From: Eledone cirrhosa
Lineage: Eukaryota
Direction: 5' to 3'
NCBI GenBank assembly: GCA_964016885.1
Contig: OZ024740.1
Coordinates: 52,576,001-52,640,000 of the forward strand
Length of the DNA stretch: 64,000 nt
Position 1 is the first letter of the stretch, and every line of letters begins with the position of its first letter. This document shows positions 26,509-39,619 of this stretch, piece after piece. The position numbers were made by a program, and so were the translations under genes. The notes beneath the pieces are model-generated. The model saw only the letters and a program-made list of their open reading frames with translations. It made no database searches and was not told the origin of the DNA.

Positions 26509-27419
26509 TATATGTTTGGAAAAATAAACAGGGTGGTTACAGCTGGGATGTCTAATTATAAGTCAGCTTAATCAGAACTGAACTTGGTACATTTATTAAG
26601 GCACTAGCACAACCACTTTACAGAGTGTAGTGGGTGCATTTTATCATGGCACTAGCACTAGAAATGTTGTCATATGCTTGGCCCAAGTTAGAGAGGCTTT
26701 TCTACCCTATATTGTCTTCATTTGATTGCCAGTACAGAGTGTACTAGATGCATTCTATTGTGACAACACTCGAGGGAATTATCAGGTACTTGACATGGCC
26801 AGAAGGTCCCCTCTATGTTGTCTCAATCTGGTCACCCACCAAATTATGGGTAATGGGGTGCTGAGTATGTTCCATTATGACGTACCCTCCAGCACAGTTC
26901 TTGTGTTGGTGGGTAAGTCTTTTGTATTATGGCATAGTGCTAGTCATCTTGGTGAGTTTCAATTTCTTGAGATCATTCTTCATAACTTCATCCCATATTT
27001 TCTTTGGTTTCCTTCTTCCACAAGTTCCATCCACTTTTTTATATAACTCTTACCCTCCTTCTGCAATACATGATCATACCAATACAATTGTCTCTCCTGC
27101 ATGCTACAATCAATTCCTCTTATATGCATCTTTTCTTACAGTTCACTTGTGCTTTTTTTTTATTTTTTTTTTTTAAATCAAACTGTTGTCATATTTACAA
27201 AAATGATACGCGATGGAGCCCACCCACAGCCCCGGCGGACAGAATGGAGAAGGTGTTTCCCTGAAGGACGGCAAGAGAGATGCACTGGAAAAGACACTCC
27301 AACTCGCGAGGCTCACACCTGCGGTTGGCCAACTCAGTGCCTATGGTGGTGAGTGAGGAGGTAGCCCTGACATTCATATTACATACCCAGTGAGATACAA
27401 ATGCCTCATTTCTTTTTAA

Positions 27420-27815
27420 TTATTGCAAATCTTTTGCACTCAAGGTTCATGTCACACTGCTATACAAGAACAGTTTTATCACACGCATCATATACCTAGC
27501 CCTTCACTCTGAGAGAGAAGCCCTCTGTTGCTAACAGAGGAAATAGTTCCCTGTTCTAACTCTAACTAAAACATTTTCAGCATCCTCCTCCACTGCTAAT
27601 GAACTCAATTAAGTAGATTTCTCTAATGAGCAGTCTAAATATTCAAGAGAGTCTATTTCAGGAGTAAACTTACTATCGACTACTTCTGTGCACCTGTCAC
27701 ATAAGAAATTTACCTTTTCTAACAGCCTTGCAGTGATCTCAATATATCACTTGTGTATCTGCTGTCCACACAGGGTACACTGTATGGAGTGCCTGCCCAC
27801 TCCTTTTCAGCATAT
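27420..27815 (-). mobile_element. Degenerate RTE LINE fragment (similar one at 30060-30470)
   Basis: Nucleotide similarity to 17600-18030 (LLATRGFSLRVKG region and Cys-rich insert). Confidence 0.65.
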
Positions 27816-28096
27816 TCATTTACTTACTAGCATAGAACCCATAAAAAATGATGTTTATTTTTCAAAATATATAATTTAATAATTCCTTGATTACATGTAA
27901 AGATACTTGAATCCTTGCCCTTCTCCCTCTTGTCATGGATAATTATCTGTTTTCATTTAATTTAATAGAAATTTTATTTAGTCATTAAACATATATCCAC
28001 TAAATTACAATGGCTTTGACCTGCCTAACAACCGTTTTCAGACTGCTTTTGAGATTTGGACTGTCACTATTGTCCAAAGATAAATACATTAATGTA

Positions 28097-28393
28097 CAGT
28101 TGTCCCCTGGTATTTGCAAGGGTTACATTCCTACAGCACCTATGAATATTGGATGTGGTCCATAAAAATGCCTATGAATGTCAAAATACAATGTAAAATA
28201 TAATTTAAAAAAGAGGGAGTGTCTTATGCGAAGGGGTGTTCAACAGGCTGGCAAATACGGTATATTGTTATTAATTTAGCATTAAAAAAATAGTTATTGC
28301 CATGAAAAACGCCATTAAAAAATAGTGGAAGCTATTTACGATTCCATGAATATGCAGTTGTTTTCCACGAATAACTGAGGGGGGGGGGCACTT
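28097..28393. mobile_element. Possible Tigger/pogo-type MITE remnant
   Basis: TA-CAGTTGTCCCCTGGTATTTGC left end and GAATAACTGAGGGGG..CACTT-TA right end form an imperfect TIR. Confidence 0.35.
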
Positions 28394-31300
28394 TATATGC
28401 ATAAATAGAAAAAGGGAAGATAAATTACCATTTCTCTAAGTTAGCACAAAGAGGTTGTCACATAACCTTGTGTTTTCTTATTAAAGATTTTTCATATATT
28501 TATACATTTCTTAACGGAAAAAATGAAACGAAATTTCATTTCCCACTCTTAGTACGGCTGTTACTTAAATATAAGTGTGTACACGTACATACATATATGT
28601 ATACAGACGTACAGTAGTATGTATATATATATACATACATGCACACATATATATACGTACGTATGGATTCACCAAACATTTATTATAATGCTCTGTGTGT
28701 TTGTAAACAAACATCCCGTATTAAGCCGTAGTGTCTAGCAACCATCGTTGCTCGTTTGTTCAACACTGACAAAGGAACGCTGTACTAGTTTCAAGCTTAT
28801 TAGCTATTGTCAGCAACGTATACCTTCCTGCCAGATTGTTGACCGTATATACTTACCTTATGCATATTAACGGCTGAGTAGCCCAATTTGCATATCGAGT
28901 GGGTTAATCGGCCGGGTGCACCGAAAACGATAAACATACTTATACATTCCTATTTATCTACCAAATATATGTATACTCTCAAAATTTACTAGTTTTACTA
29001 GTCTTATGACTAGTAAAACTCTATATGCAAACACTTCTACAATTACATTATGTACCAGTTTCACTTCACAGCTTTGTCCTCAGTAGGTTTTATTTCAGGC
29101 AAGTAGACTTACAGTCACAGTGTGTGAGGTTATAGCTTTATCTTATTACAATGGATGGTAATGTTCTCTATTGTGCAGTTGAACTGGGACAAGTGAATAA
29201 TAAAAAAAAAATAGATTATAAAACTAAGTAATAGGACAGGGAGGATAAAATGTGTAGTGACTGCTCACATTAATAGCTGGGAGGGTGGCATCTGAGTGAC
29301 AAGCTCCATATTCTATGTCTCCTATCTCCTTTACTTATTTTACCCTCTCTCTTTTTTTAGCAACATAAAAACAAAAATACACACACACACACACTCACCA
29401 CCTACTGCATCCCCTCTATAAACTCAGCTGAATACATCATAAGCAAACTAATGTCACATATTCAACAAATCCTCTGGAAAATTACCTTAATAAAACAAAA
29501 TTCCAAAGTATTTTTCCACCAGGATCTCTTGACAAGAAGAGTAACAATAATAGAGTATATTTTAGAAAATGAAACCACTGAGGTTAATTATTGAGATGCC
29601 ATCTATATGGCAACAGTGAAATAAACATTTAATGTAGTGGGCACCATCACTGTTTAACATCTATTTTTCAATGCTTGTATGGGTTAGACGCTTGTCAAAT
29701 TCTGAGGTTAGGTGACTATATCTTATTCGTACATTCCAATTTCGGGTTTGTTTCTATGGTTGGGCGTCGTTCATAACACCACCCACTTTACAGCGAGTAC
29801 TGGGAGCATTTTATTATGACTCTAGCACCACAATTAGAAATTTTTAAATGATGAGGAAAGGAGAACTTCAGCTCAATAATTAATATTGCTTTAATCATTT
29901 TGGTAAGTTGGTAGATAACTCTAAGATATGTTTCAGTCTTATTAAACCTCCTCAGCAAAGCCTACACAGTTTTAATTTTCTAAACATGCTAATTCCCCAC
30001 CACTCACCCAGTATTTCAGTTACCATTATAATCCTACTTCATGAACTCTCACTCATTAACATACAGCATTGATGTTTATACACAAGCATCATATAATCTG
30101 CCTTTCACTTTGAGATAAAACACCTTTTGTTACCAGCAGAGTTAACAGCTCCCTGGAATTTTTCTATCCAGTTCTCTCTGGTGTTAATGCTTTCAGTACA
30201 CCCACTTTCACTACTTAATAAATGCAATCAACTACTTCAAATGACACTTCCAAGCATTAAAACAAATTTATTTCATGTGTATTCTTACTGCTAATCTCTC
30301 CTGTGTATCTGCCACATGAAATCTACCTTCCCATTCATCCTGCCTATAATCCCATCAAATGCCTTAAATATCCTTAGTTTACATTGAACATACTGTATAG
30401 AGTTTCTACCTAAGCCTTCTCTGTATATTGAGTCTTGTCATTTCCCTGATGGCAGCAGGGTCCAGTCTTCTTACTTTAATCTATACCGAGGCCTCTCGAT
30501 TCTATGGAATTTCTTCTTTGTATTATCTATAATTTAACAATTACTGCAACCTTTTCACTTCTGATATTCTCTATGTATGCCAATAATAATTATTTATACA
30601 ATTATCATTTTAGGTCCATTTTCTATGCTGGCAAGGGCTGGATAGAACATAATGGGTTATTCAGCACTACTGCCATCCTGGATAGAGTAGTGAAATACAT
30701 CTGGCTCATAAGTTCCATTTTTGGCAAGGTTTTTCCAGCTGGGTGTCTTTCTTTAAAACCAACCATTTTTCAGAATGTACCGGGTGTATTTTATCATAGC
30801 ACCAGAACTAGAAAGGTTGTAATCCCTTGGCCAGATATTAGGGCCCACTCAACTATACGTTGAGTACACTTATTTGTTGACTATATTACAGAGTGTACTG
30901 GGTGCATTTTATCATGGCATCAACACGAGTGAGGTTTCCTTCTACCTCAGAAGATTTTTTAAAAAAATCTTCACCATTTTACAGTGTCTCAACTATATAT
31001 TTGTTGTAAATATAACAAAAAAATAAAACAGTTTCTTCAAATAATCCTCTAAACTTTGAACAATTATCTCACCTTCCACGTTAACTTTAAGCTACATGGC
31101 AGGGATAGATTAAGTCCTTTTGAGGCCCCAAGCATATAAAAGATTATGGGATGTGTCTCCAGCCCCCCTATATAAAGTCTGTAAAAAAAATTTTGTGGGG
31201 AATAACAAATACATTTAATTTGTATAAAATGGTGTCGCTCTTCCCTTGATACTCTAAGAATTTGGTTATTTTGCTAAATGGTTACGCCAGTCTTGGTATT

Positions 31301-31599
31301 TTATTGCTTTTCATGCCACATCCTGTCAGCAAATATAGTTTCGTAATTCGTTATGTACATCTCTTTAGTATTGTCTTTTTTTTTTAGATAAATATGTAAA
31401 TCATATTTATTATTTAAGATGTGTTCATAAATACATTACAAATCTTTTGCAATTCTTTCAGAATGAAAATATAAACAGAGCATATAAATAAATTTACAGT
31501 AGAATAACAAATATGTTTTAAATATATACATAAATAACATTACAAATGCTTAGACAACATTATAAATAGCTCGCGATTCATTCAGAAAGATACATTCTT

Positions 31600-31795
31600 T
31601 TAATGTTACAATATTAAAGAAAATGTAAAGGAAGGGGTGAACAACGGAGCCAACACCAGAGCAAAAGACAGCAACGTTGCGAGTATTGAGCAACCTCTAA
31701 TGATTTTTGAGGCAAGCCAGCACACTCGCAGCGTTGCCTCGGGTGATGGCGAGGCTGATGCGCTGAAACAGCCAAGCGCCCTCGCAAATCCCCAC
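31600..31795 (-). mobile_element. CRE-like (restriction-like endonuclease) non-LTR retrotransposon 3' end
   Basis: Reverse strand translates EGAWLFQRISLAITRGNAASVLACLKNH*, matching the CRE C-terminal LFQRLSxAxQRGNAA motif. Confidence 0.78.
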
Positions 31796-33090
31796 CAACC
31801 TGAACCAATGATATTTCGTTGAATTCTCTGCTTCGGAGCCTACTTCGTCTTTAGCATTTCTTATTCTAAGATTTTATTTTAAAATTCGCATTTTTCATTA
31901 CGTGTAATTGTGTATGGGTGTAAATCTGGAGTAAAAAACGAAATTATTTTGGTGAAAAGCGAAACATTCTAAATGCGAATCGAGCTAGCACCGGGAGGGT
32001 TAACCAACACGAAACAAACCAATAGAGTAGTCATTATGAAAAACCGCTCGACATACTAAGAATACAATCCAAATCTCCATCAAATATCACTTTACTATCT
32101 TATATATAAAAATAGTACTTTGAATAATTGTTGGGGGAAAACTGTTGCATTGCCTTTGATTATCGGCTGATCTGGGACGAAATGTAGCAGAATTTCCATA
32201 AAACACATCCTACAGTCTTGAAAAAAAAACAAGGGCACAGTGTATAATGTATTTCTCGGCAGGATAAAAAAGATGAGATGGTCTGGGATGGAACACTCTT
32301 GAGCATAATTCGGTAAATCGGCGCTGACATAGCTAATAACAACTTATAACTAATTTAGTGAGTATGGAGACAAAAACTCCACGTAAAAGTGATTAGAATC
32401 CCAAAACAACTCACTTAATCGAAGTTTGTAAACTCACTATATTAAATATGTATTGTATGTATATATTGTACGCAGAGAGAGCTACACTCAATTACTTTAT
32501 AAGTTCTACTTACCTCGCCACTAACAGGTACTCACCATACATAGGCGATATTTAAACAAAGCACGATTTACTACTTACATCGCCTTATATAGTCAGAGCA
32601 TCTGTTCCACTATTTATGCATATGAGTTTAAATATGAATTGTGTTTAGTTACTCAATAAACACATGACCTCACGTGTGTGTGTATGCAAGTATAAATATA
32701 TATATATATATATATAACTATATATACATACACGCACACATACATATATACACATATATATACACACACACACATTACTATAGATTTATTTTCACATAAA
32801 TACTATAATAAAAATCAAATGAACCATAAATATTAGAAAAATAAGCCATGCATGCTCCCTCAATTACAAGTACAGTAGCGCATGATGGTATTAACTAAAA
32901 AAAAATGTTTGAGATTAACTCAAAACATTCGTGGAATTAACGAAGAGTGATAGTGAGGCTAAGGAGCTGGAACAGCCAAGTACAAGCATTGCCTGATGTT
33001 TTTAATTATATATAAAAACAACAAACAGTAACTGAATACGGAATTTTATACGGGAAGTAGAACTAAGTATATGTGTATGATGTGTGTGTG

Positions 33091-33144
<54 letters not shown>

Positions 33145-34494
33145 GTAAGTTTGATACACAGAAGAAGAGTACTGGTATCCAAAAAGAGCTCTATACGTAA
33201 TATATGAATGATTGAAGGTATGAACACCCGCTGTCGAGTATAAATACCATAACTTTATTAGTACCGTTCCATACGATCGTTTAAATGTTGCACAGTATCT
33301 CTCTTCTGGCACTCCGTCGGTTACGACGACGAGTGTTCCAGTTGATCCAATCAATGAAACAGTCTGTTCGTGAAATTAGCGTGCAAGTAGCTGAGCATTT
33401 CACAGACACGCGTACCCTTAACGTATTTTTAAGGGAGATTCAGCGCGACACAGAATGTGACAAGGCTGGCCCTTCGAATTACAAGTACAACTCATTTTTG
33501 TCAGCTAAGTGGACTAGAGCAACGTGAAATAAAGTGTCTTGCTCAAGGACCCAATGCGCCGCCGGGAATCGAACTCACGATCGTAAGCTAAATATCCACA
33601 AAGCACAGTATATGACTTGTGTATTTGTCTAAACATATCTACAGTAGAACAAATAGGGTGGTCATTTGCAATCTCCCAAAACGTCACAGCCACTAATATT
33701 TTTATTCTTTTAGTGTGATTTCCAGAGTTTGATTGAGGAGATGGAACTGTCTGTCTTTCCACTATTTTTTCCATTGCCTTTGTCCTGTACACCCCCTATT
33801 TTGAATATATATATACATATATATATACATACCTCCCTAATCCATCCATCACCATAAGCTTCTTCCCCCACACTTATTAGATCTCATCCCACACCATGTA
33901 GTGGCTCCCCAGGTGTCAATACAAAAGCGTTCTGTCCACACCGTAAAGTAGTCATGTAGGTGACACGACGAAAAGCACCTAGCACACACTATAAATGTGG
34001 TTGGCATTAGGAAGGGCATCTAGCTGTAGAAACCAAGCCAAAATCGGCCCCGGGTTAGCGAAACATGACCCTCTGACCTGATTCTCTCCCAAGAGGTCAA
34101 CCCGTCATTGCGTGGAAAATGGATGTTAAACGATGATGATTATGATTAATTCTTATATATATATATATATGCATTTTTACGTCATAATAACAAGGACACA
34201 CATATTACAAATTAAAGTACTTGAATTAATTACAAAAGTCTTAAGCCTGAAGATTAAACCTAAATCAAACATGTTTTATCATGAGTTGAAGCATGTAAAA
34301 CCTGTAGAAAATATACTTGATTCTCGTTCTTAACTGGTCTTATATTTTATTGAACTCAGAAGGATGAAACGCGAAGTTGACTTCAACAAAATTTGAACTT
34401 TGATAGTAATGAGCTATAACAAAATAGCGAAAAGCATTTTGTACAACACTCTCATGGTTCTACCAATCCATTGCCCCTTCGACAAATGAATAAT

Positions 34495-34970
34495 TTAAAC
34501 TATAATAAAGTAAGAAGCGCAGGACTGCGTACGGTTTATATTTTTTTATCCCCTTAGTAAAATAAGTTGAATTACTTTGAATAAATAATGAATGAATATT
34601 ACATAATTTATCTACTAAATTTCGTGGCTGTTCATTAAATATATTTTATTACTTATTTAAAGATTCACTTCTTTAAAATTTTCAAATGTCAACACTTCCG
34701 GTTACTGATCGTTTAAATAAATATTCATATATTTCTGTCACTAATTTTCTCCTAATGCAGTTTATATACAATATCGTCTTTTTTAATGTAACATGGATTA
34801 CGTTACCGATTAGATAAGACAGTATAACACAGTCTTCGTTCAATTTCTGTGTATATTGTCAATTACGATTTTATTTGATCATATCTACATGCATATATAC
34901 TTGCGTATAATATCAATATACACACTACACACGCTAGCAGAAAACCACCCGAAGGGTGGTTTTCTGATAG
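34495..34970 (+). mobile_element. Helitron-like 3' segment, copy 1
   Basis: Ends in hairpin AGAAAACCACCC-GAA-GGGTGGTTTTCT followed by GATAGT. Paralogous to 35565-36957 and 43385-44245. Confidence 0.7.
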
Positions 34971-34975
34971 TGATA

Positions 34976-35805
34976 ATAATTGTTTCTACTTTTGGTACAA
35001 AGCCAGCAATTACCCAGTGGTACTTTATTTTATCGACCCCGTAAGGATGAAAGGCAAAGTTAACCTCGGCGGGATTTGAACTCAGAATGGCAAGAGCCGT
35101 AACTCTATGCGTCAAAGCATGGCGTCCGACCCTCTACCGATACTGCCAATCCACCAGTGATAATAATGGTTTCTGATTTACGCACAAGGCCGTCAATTTT
35201 GGGGTGAGGGGAATGACAATTAAATCGACCCATGTGCTTTATTTTATAGACCCCCATATGGGTGAAAGGCAAAACTAACTTCGGCAGAATTTGAACTCAG
35301 ACCATAAAGGGCCGTAACTCTACGCCACAAAGCTTGTTATTTGATGGCCAACCGATACTGCCAATCCACTACCATTTCAAATAATAATTGTTTCTACTTT
35401 TGGCACAAGGCCAGCAATTACCCAGTACATTACTGGTACATTATTTTATCGACCCCGTAAGGATGAAAGGCAAAGTTAACCTTGGTGGGATTTGAACTCA
35501 GACCATAAAGAGGTGTAACTCTATGCTGCAAAGTATGGCGTCCGAATCCTAATAATAATAATCTAAACAACTATAATAAAGTAAGAAGTGCGGGACTGCA
35601 TATGGTTTATAATTGTTTATCCCCTTAGTAAAATAAGTTGGATTACTTTGAATAAATAATTGTTTCTAAATTTGGCACAAGGCCAGCAATTAATCAGTAC
35701 ATTACTGGTAGGTACTTTATTTTATCGAGCCTGTAAGGATGAAAGGCAAAGTTAACCTCGACGGGATTTGAACTCAGACCGTAAAGGGACATAACTATGC
35801 TGGAA
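34976..35805 (-). mobile_element. Four family 1 SINE copies
   Basis: Core and tail motifs at 34976-35156, 35165-35372, 35383-35548 and 35657-35805. Confidence 0.9.
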
Positions 35806-36957
35806 TGAATGAATATTACATAATTTATCTACTAAATTGCGTGGTTGTTCATTAAATATATTTATTATTTATTTAAAGATTCACTGCTTTAAAATTTTCA
35901 AATGTCAACACTTCCAGTTAGCGATCGTTTAAATAAATATTCATATATTTCTGTCACTAATTTTCTTCTAATTCAGTTTATATATAATACTAGCAGTAAA
36001 GCCCGGCGTTGCTCGGGGTCGCTCAGTAGCTGTGTTAAAGTTACAATGTTAAGTTTCTTTTTTGGCTTAAAAACTGTAGTGTCTACTGTGCAGACTTGCA
36101 TGTGGTGTTTTTGATTAATATTTCCTCAACCAACAATATGCCTTATGAAGTTAAGAAAACATAACGATAACCCGAATGTTATAACAAAAGAGGATGCTGG
36201 GGATAAAAACTGCACTGGTTACTTATTAACAAAGATCGAAAATGTAAACACTGCAACGCAGAGAAAAACATTAGCGTAACCAAATTATCAGTTATGTCTG
36301 TCTGCACGCCTATATCACCTCTCTGCACGACTATCTGTCTGCATGCCTGAAATATTTGCTTGTTTTACGTAGTCTTTAAATAGACTTGTTTTCAAGTAAA
36401 AATATTGTTTTAAAATGCTTTTAAATGGAAATGAAGCCAAACGGAAGCTTAGTGTTCGAATGTTCGTGTATTGTGTTAATGTCATTTTAAACGCTGAGAA
36501 AGCCAGCGTAATTTTTTACGTAAGACGCTCAATGTAAACAGAACAAAGGGAAATAACTGATAACTTACGCTCAAAAATCGATACATTATATTCGATTTCG
36601 TCACATAGGGTGGGTCAATTTGAAATTTTTTTTTTTCCGATGTCTTCGCTAGGGCTCAATGTACAAGTCTAGCAATTTCGGTGCAATTCCGTGAGAGATT
36701 CTAAGAGGAGATGTGTGCCAAAAATCGATAGACAGACAGACAACCACAGTTTTATATATAGAGATTGTCTTTTTTTAATGGATTATGTTACTGATTACAG
36801 AAGACAGTGTAACACAGTCTTCGTTCAATTTCTGTGTATATTGTCAATTACGATTTTATTTGATCATATCTACATGTATATATACTTGCATATAATATCA
36901 ATATACACACTACACATGCTAGCAGAAAACCACCCGAAGGGTGGTTTTTCTGCTAGT
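35565..36957 (+). mobile_element. Helitron-like 3' segment, copy 2, interrupted by a SINE and another Helitron
   Basis: Colinear with 34495-34970 once the inserts are removed; ends in hairpin + GCTAGT. Confidence 0.72.
35990..36764 (-). mobile_element. Complete non-autonomous Helitron (775 bp)
   Basis: On the minus strand: 5' TCTCTATATATAAAA, 3' CCCGAGCAACGCCGGG hairpin + CTAG, inserted between A and T with no TSD. Empty site visible at 34773/34774. Confidence 0.88.
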
Positions 36958-38325
36958 GATAATAATAATAATAATGGTTTCTTTATTGGCCACAAGGGCT
37001 AATAATAATTGTTTCTACTTTTGGCACAAGGCCAGCAATTATCAGTACATTACTGATACTTTATTTTATCGACCCCCGTAAGGATGAAAGGCAAAGTTAA
37101 CCTCGACGGGATTTGAACTCAGTGCGTAAAGGGATGTAACTGTGCTGCAAAGCATGGCGTCCGACCCTCTACCGATGCTGCCAATCCACAAGGGCTAATA
37201 ATAATGATGATAATAATAATAATAATTTCTTTATTGGGCATAATCATCAGAAGTGAGTTCTTGTATTAGCTTTCTCGCCTATGTATAATATATATATATT
37301 ATATATGTATAATATATATATATATTATACATGTAGCTGTCACGACAAAAAGCACCCTGCCCACACTGTAAAGTGGTTGAGTAAAAGACACAACAAAAAG
37401 CACCCAGCACACACTGTAAATGTGGTTGGCGCTAGGAAGGGCATCCAGCCCTAGGAAAACAAGCCAGAAACAGTCCTATACGAGCGAGACACAGTCACCC
37501 GACCCAACTTGATTCTAAATGGGCAAACCCATCTAACCCATGCTAGCGTGGAGGATAGACCATAAATGATGATGATGATGATATGTATATATATATGTGT
37601 AGCAAATCTAAGCAGAGGGATTTGACCTTTTGTTCCTAAGTTAGCTAAATAGGTCACTGTGACCACACATGCAGACCGTTTTAATTCCTTGTCACCAAAT
37701 TGTCTGGAGGAATGGTTTTCTAGAGGCCATCAGCTTATTGTCATAAGATAACAGCATCCTCATAAAATAATCTACCCATGGTTGTCAACAAAGTTTAGTT
37801 ATATACAATTTATAAATTTTAACACATTTACTACAAACATCCATGCCAAACTATCATACAATCACTCATACAATTTTACTGTGAATATCTTTATTTTCCT
37901 ATATTGTCACAATAACTTTGAAGCAAGTTATCACCTAATAAAAGTATTAAAGTAGCAGCTATTTTTATCATTCATTCACTACAGTATTCCATACAGTGCT
38001 TTATATGGGAAAGATCAATTTACACATTCTCTCATCAAGCCAACGTTTCCTACTACTATTCCTGCCACACATTAAATTGAACCTCTGACCAATTTCTTTG
38101 ATAAGAAATCAACATCAAATTCATTTGGTTAATAACCAACAATTAATAGTCTATCTTATAGATATTGTTCAATAATTATTTCTAGTCTAGATGTTAAAGT
38201 TATGTTTGAGACTTTTGAGTTTGGGAATTTTCATATTGCTTTCTAAGTGTCGGATTTTGTTTAACCCAGTTGATTTTTGGTGAGGCTCTGGTGCTTGTGG
38301 CCCCCTTCTGAATCCAACTAACCTT

Positions 38326-38416
<91 letters not shown>

Positions 38417-39189
38417 CATCCTCATAGATTACATTAGTTGAAAAATATAGTTTACTATTTGCAATAATATTAAAAGTATTATTATTGCCCTATGTGGGGA
38501 ATTGGGTAGACAGAAACTGTTTAGAAGCCCTTTGAAAGGAGAGTATCTCTAATTCAGAACACCAGCCTTGACACACACTGTATCATGGTGAATCACCAAG
38601 AATCACATTAAGGTTACATGTGCCTGTGGAATGCTCAGCCATTTACTCGTTTATTTCTTGAGCAGGCTGTTTTGTTGATCATAAAACTGGAACCCTAACC
38701 ATCGATGCTGACATAAGTCCAGCCTGTCATATAAAAACAATGTTAATAGTAGATTACAAAGACGACCAATTCTTGACAGATATAATTATGTATGAGCAAA
38801 CAAAAAATGCTATACAGACTTAATAATGTGACTGGCATTTAGCCCATTGAGATCTAACATTTTGGATTGCAGTTTTTTTTTTAACTAACAATAAACCACA
38901 TCATGCTATAACAACTAGATTGCTTTTTATTTTATAGTCATACACAATCTTTAAATAATTGACCAACTGTATATATTTCTGGCTCTTATATGTGTCAGCT
39001 TTATCGATGTCAATTGAATTTGTAACTTCTTTTTCTATCATCATCATCATCATCGCTTAACATGCATTTTCCATGCTAGCAAGGGTTAGATGGGTTGTCC
39101 AGTTTGAAGCAAGTCAGGTCAGGTAACCATGTCTTGCTCATACAGAACTGTTTCTGGCTTGGTTTCAACAGCTGGATGTCCTTCCTAAT

Positions 39190-39430
39190 GTCAACCACAT
39201 TTACAGTGTGGGCTGAGTGCTTTTTGTCGTGACAGCTACATGACCACCCTACAGTGTGAACTGGGTGCTTTTTGTCATGACACCTACACGACCACTTTAC
39301 AGTATAGGTTGGGTGCTTTTTATTGTGACACTTACCCAACCACTTTACAGTGTGGGCTGAGTGCTTTTTGTTGTGACACCTACACGACCACTTTACCGTG
39401 TAGGTTGGATGTTTTTTCTTATGATACCAA
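39190..39430. repeat. Diverged ~45-bp tandem repeat (about 5 units) inside a family 4 element
   Basis: Repeated ACCACTTTACAGTGTGGGCTGRGTGCTTTTTGTYRTGACACCTAC. Confidence 0.8.
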
Positions 39431-39619
39431 CATGATACCATGCATATTTTTTTTAATGTCTGTATGTGTGTTTGTTTTGAGATGCCAGTATTGGTAAATC
39501 TTCAAAGTTAACCGTCACTAACCTTTCAAATTTGAGCGCAAGACTAGCAATTTGGGGGAGGGGAAGCCAATTAAATCAATCTCAATACTTGATTCATATT
39601 TTATTTTATTGACTGCTAC

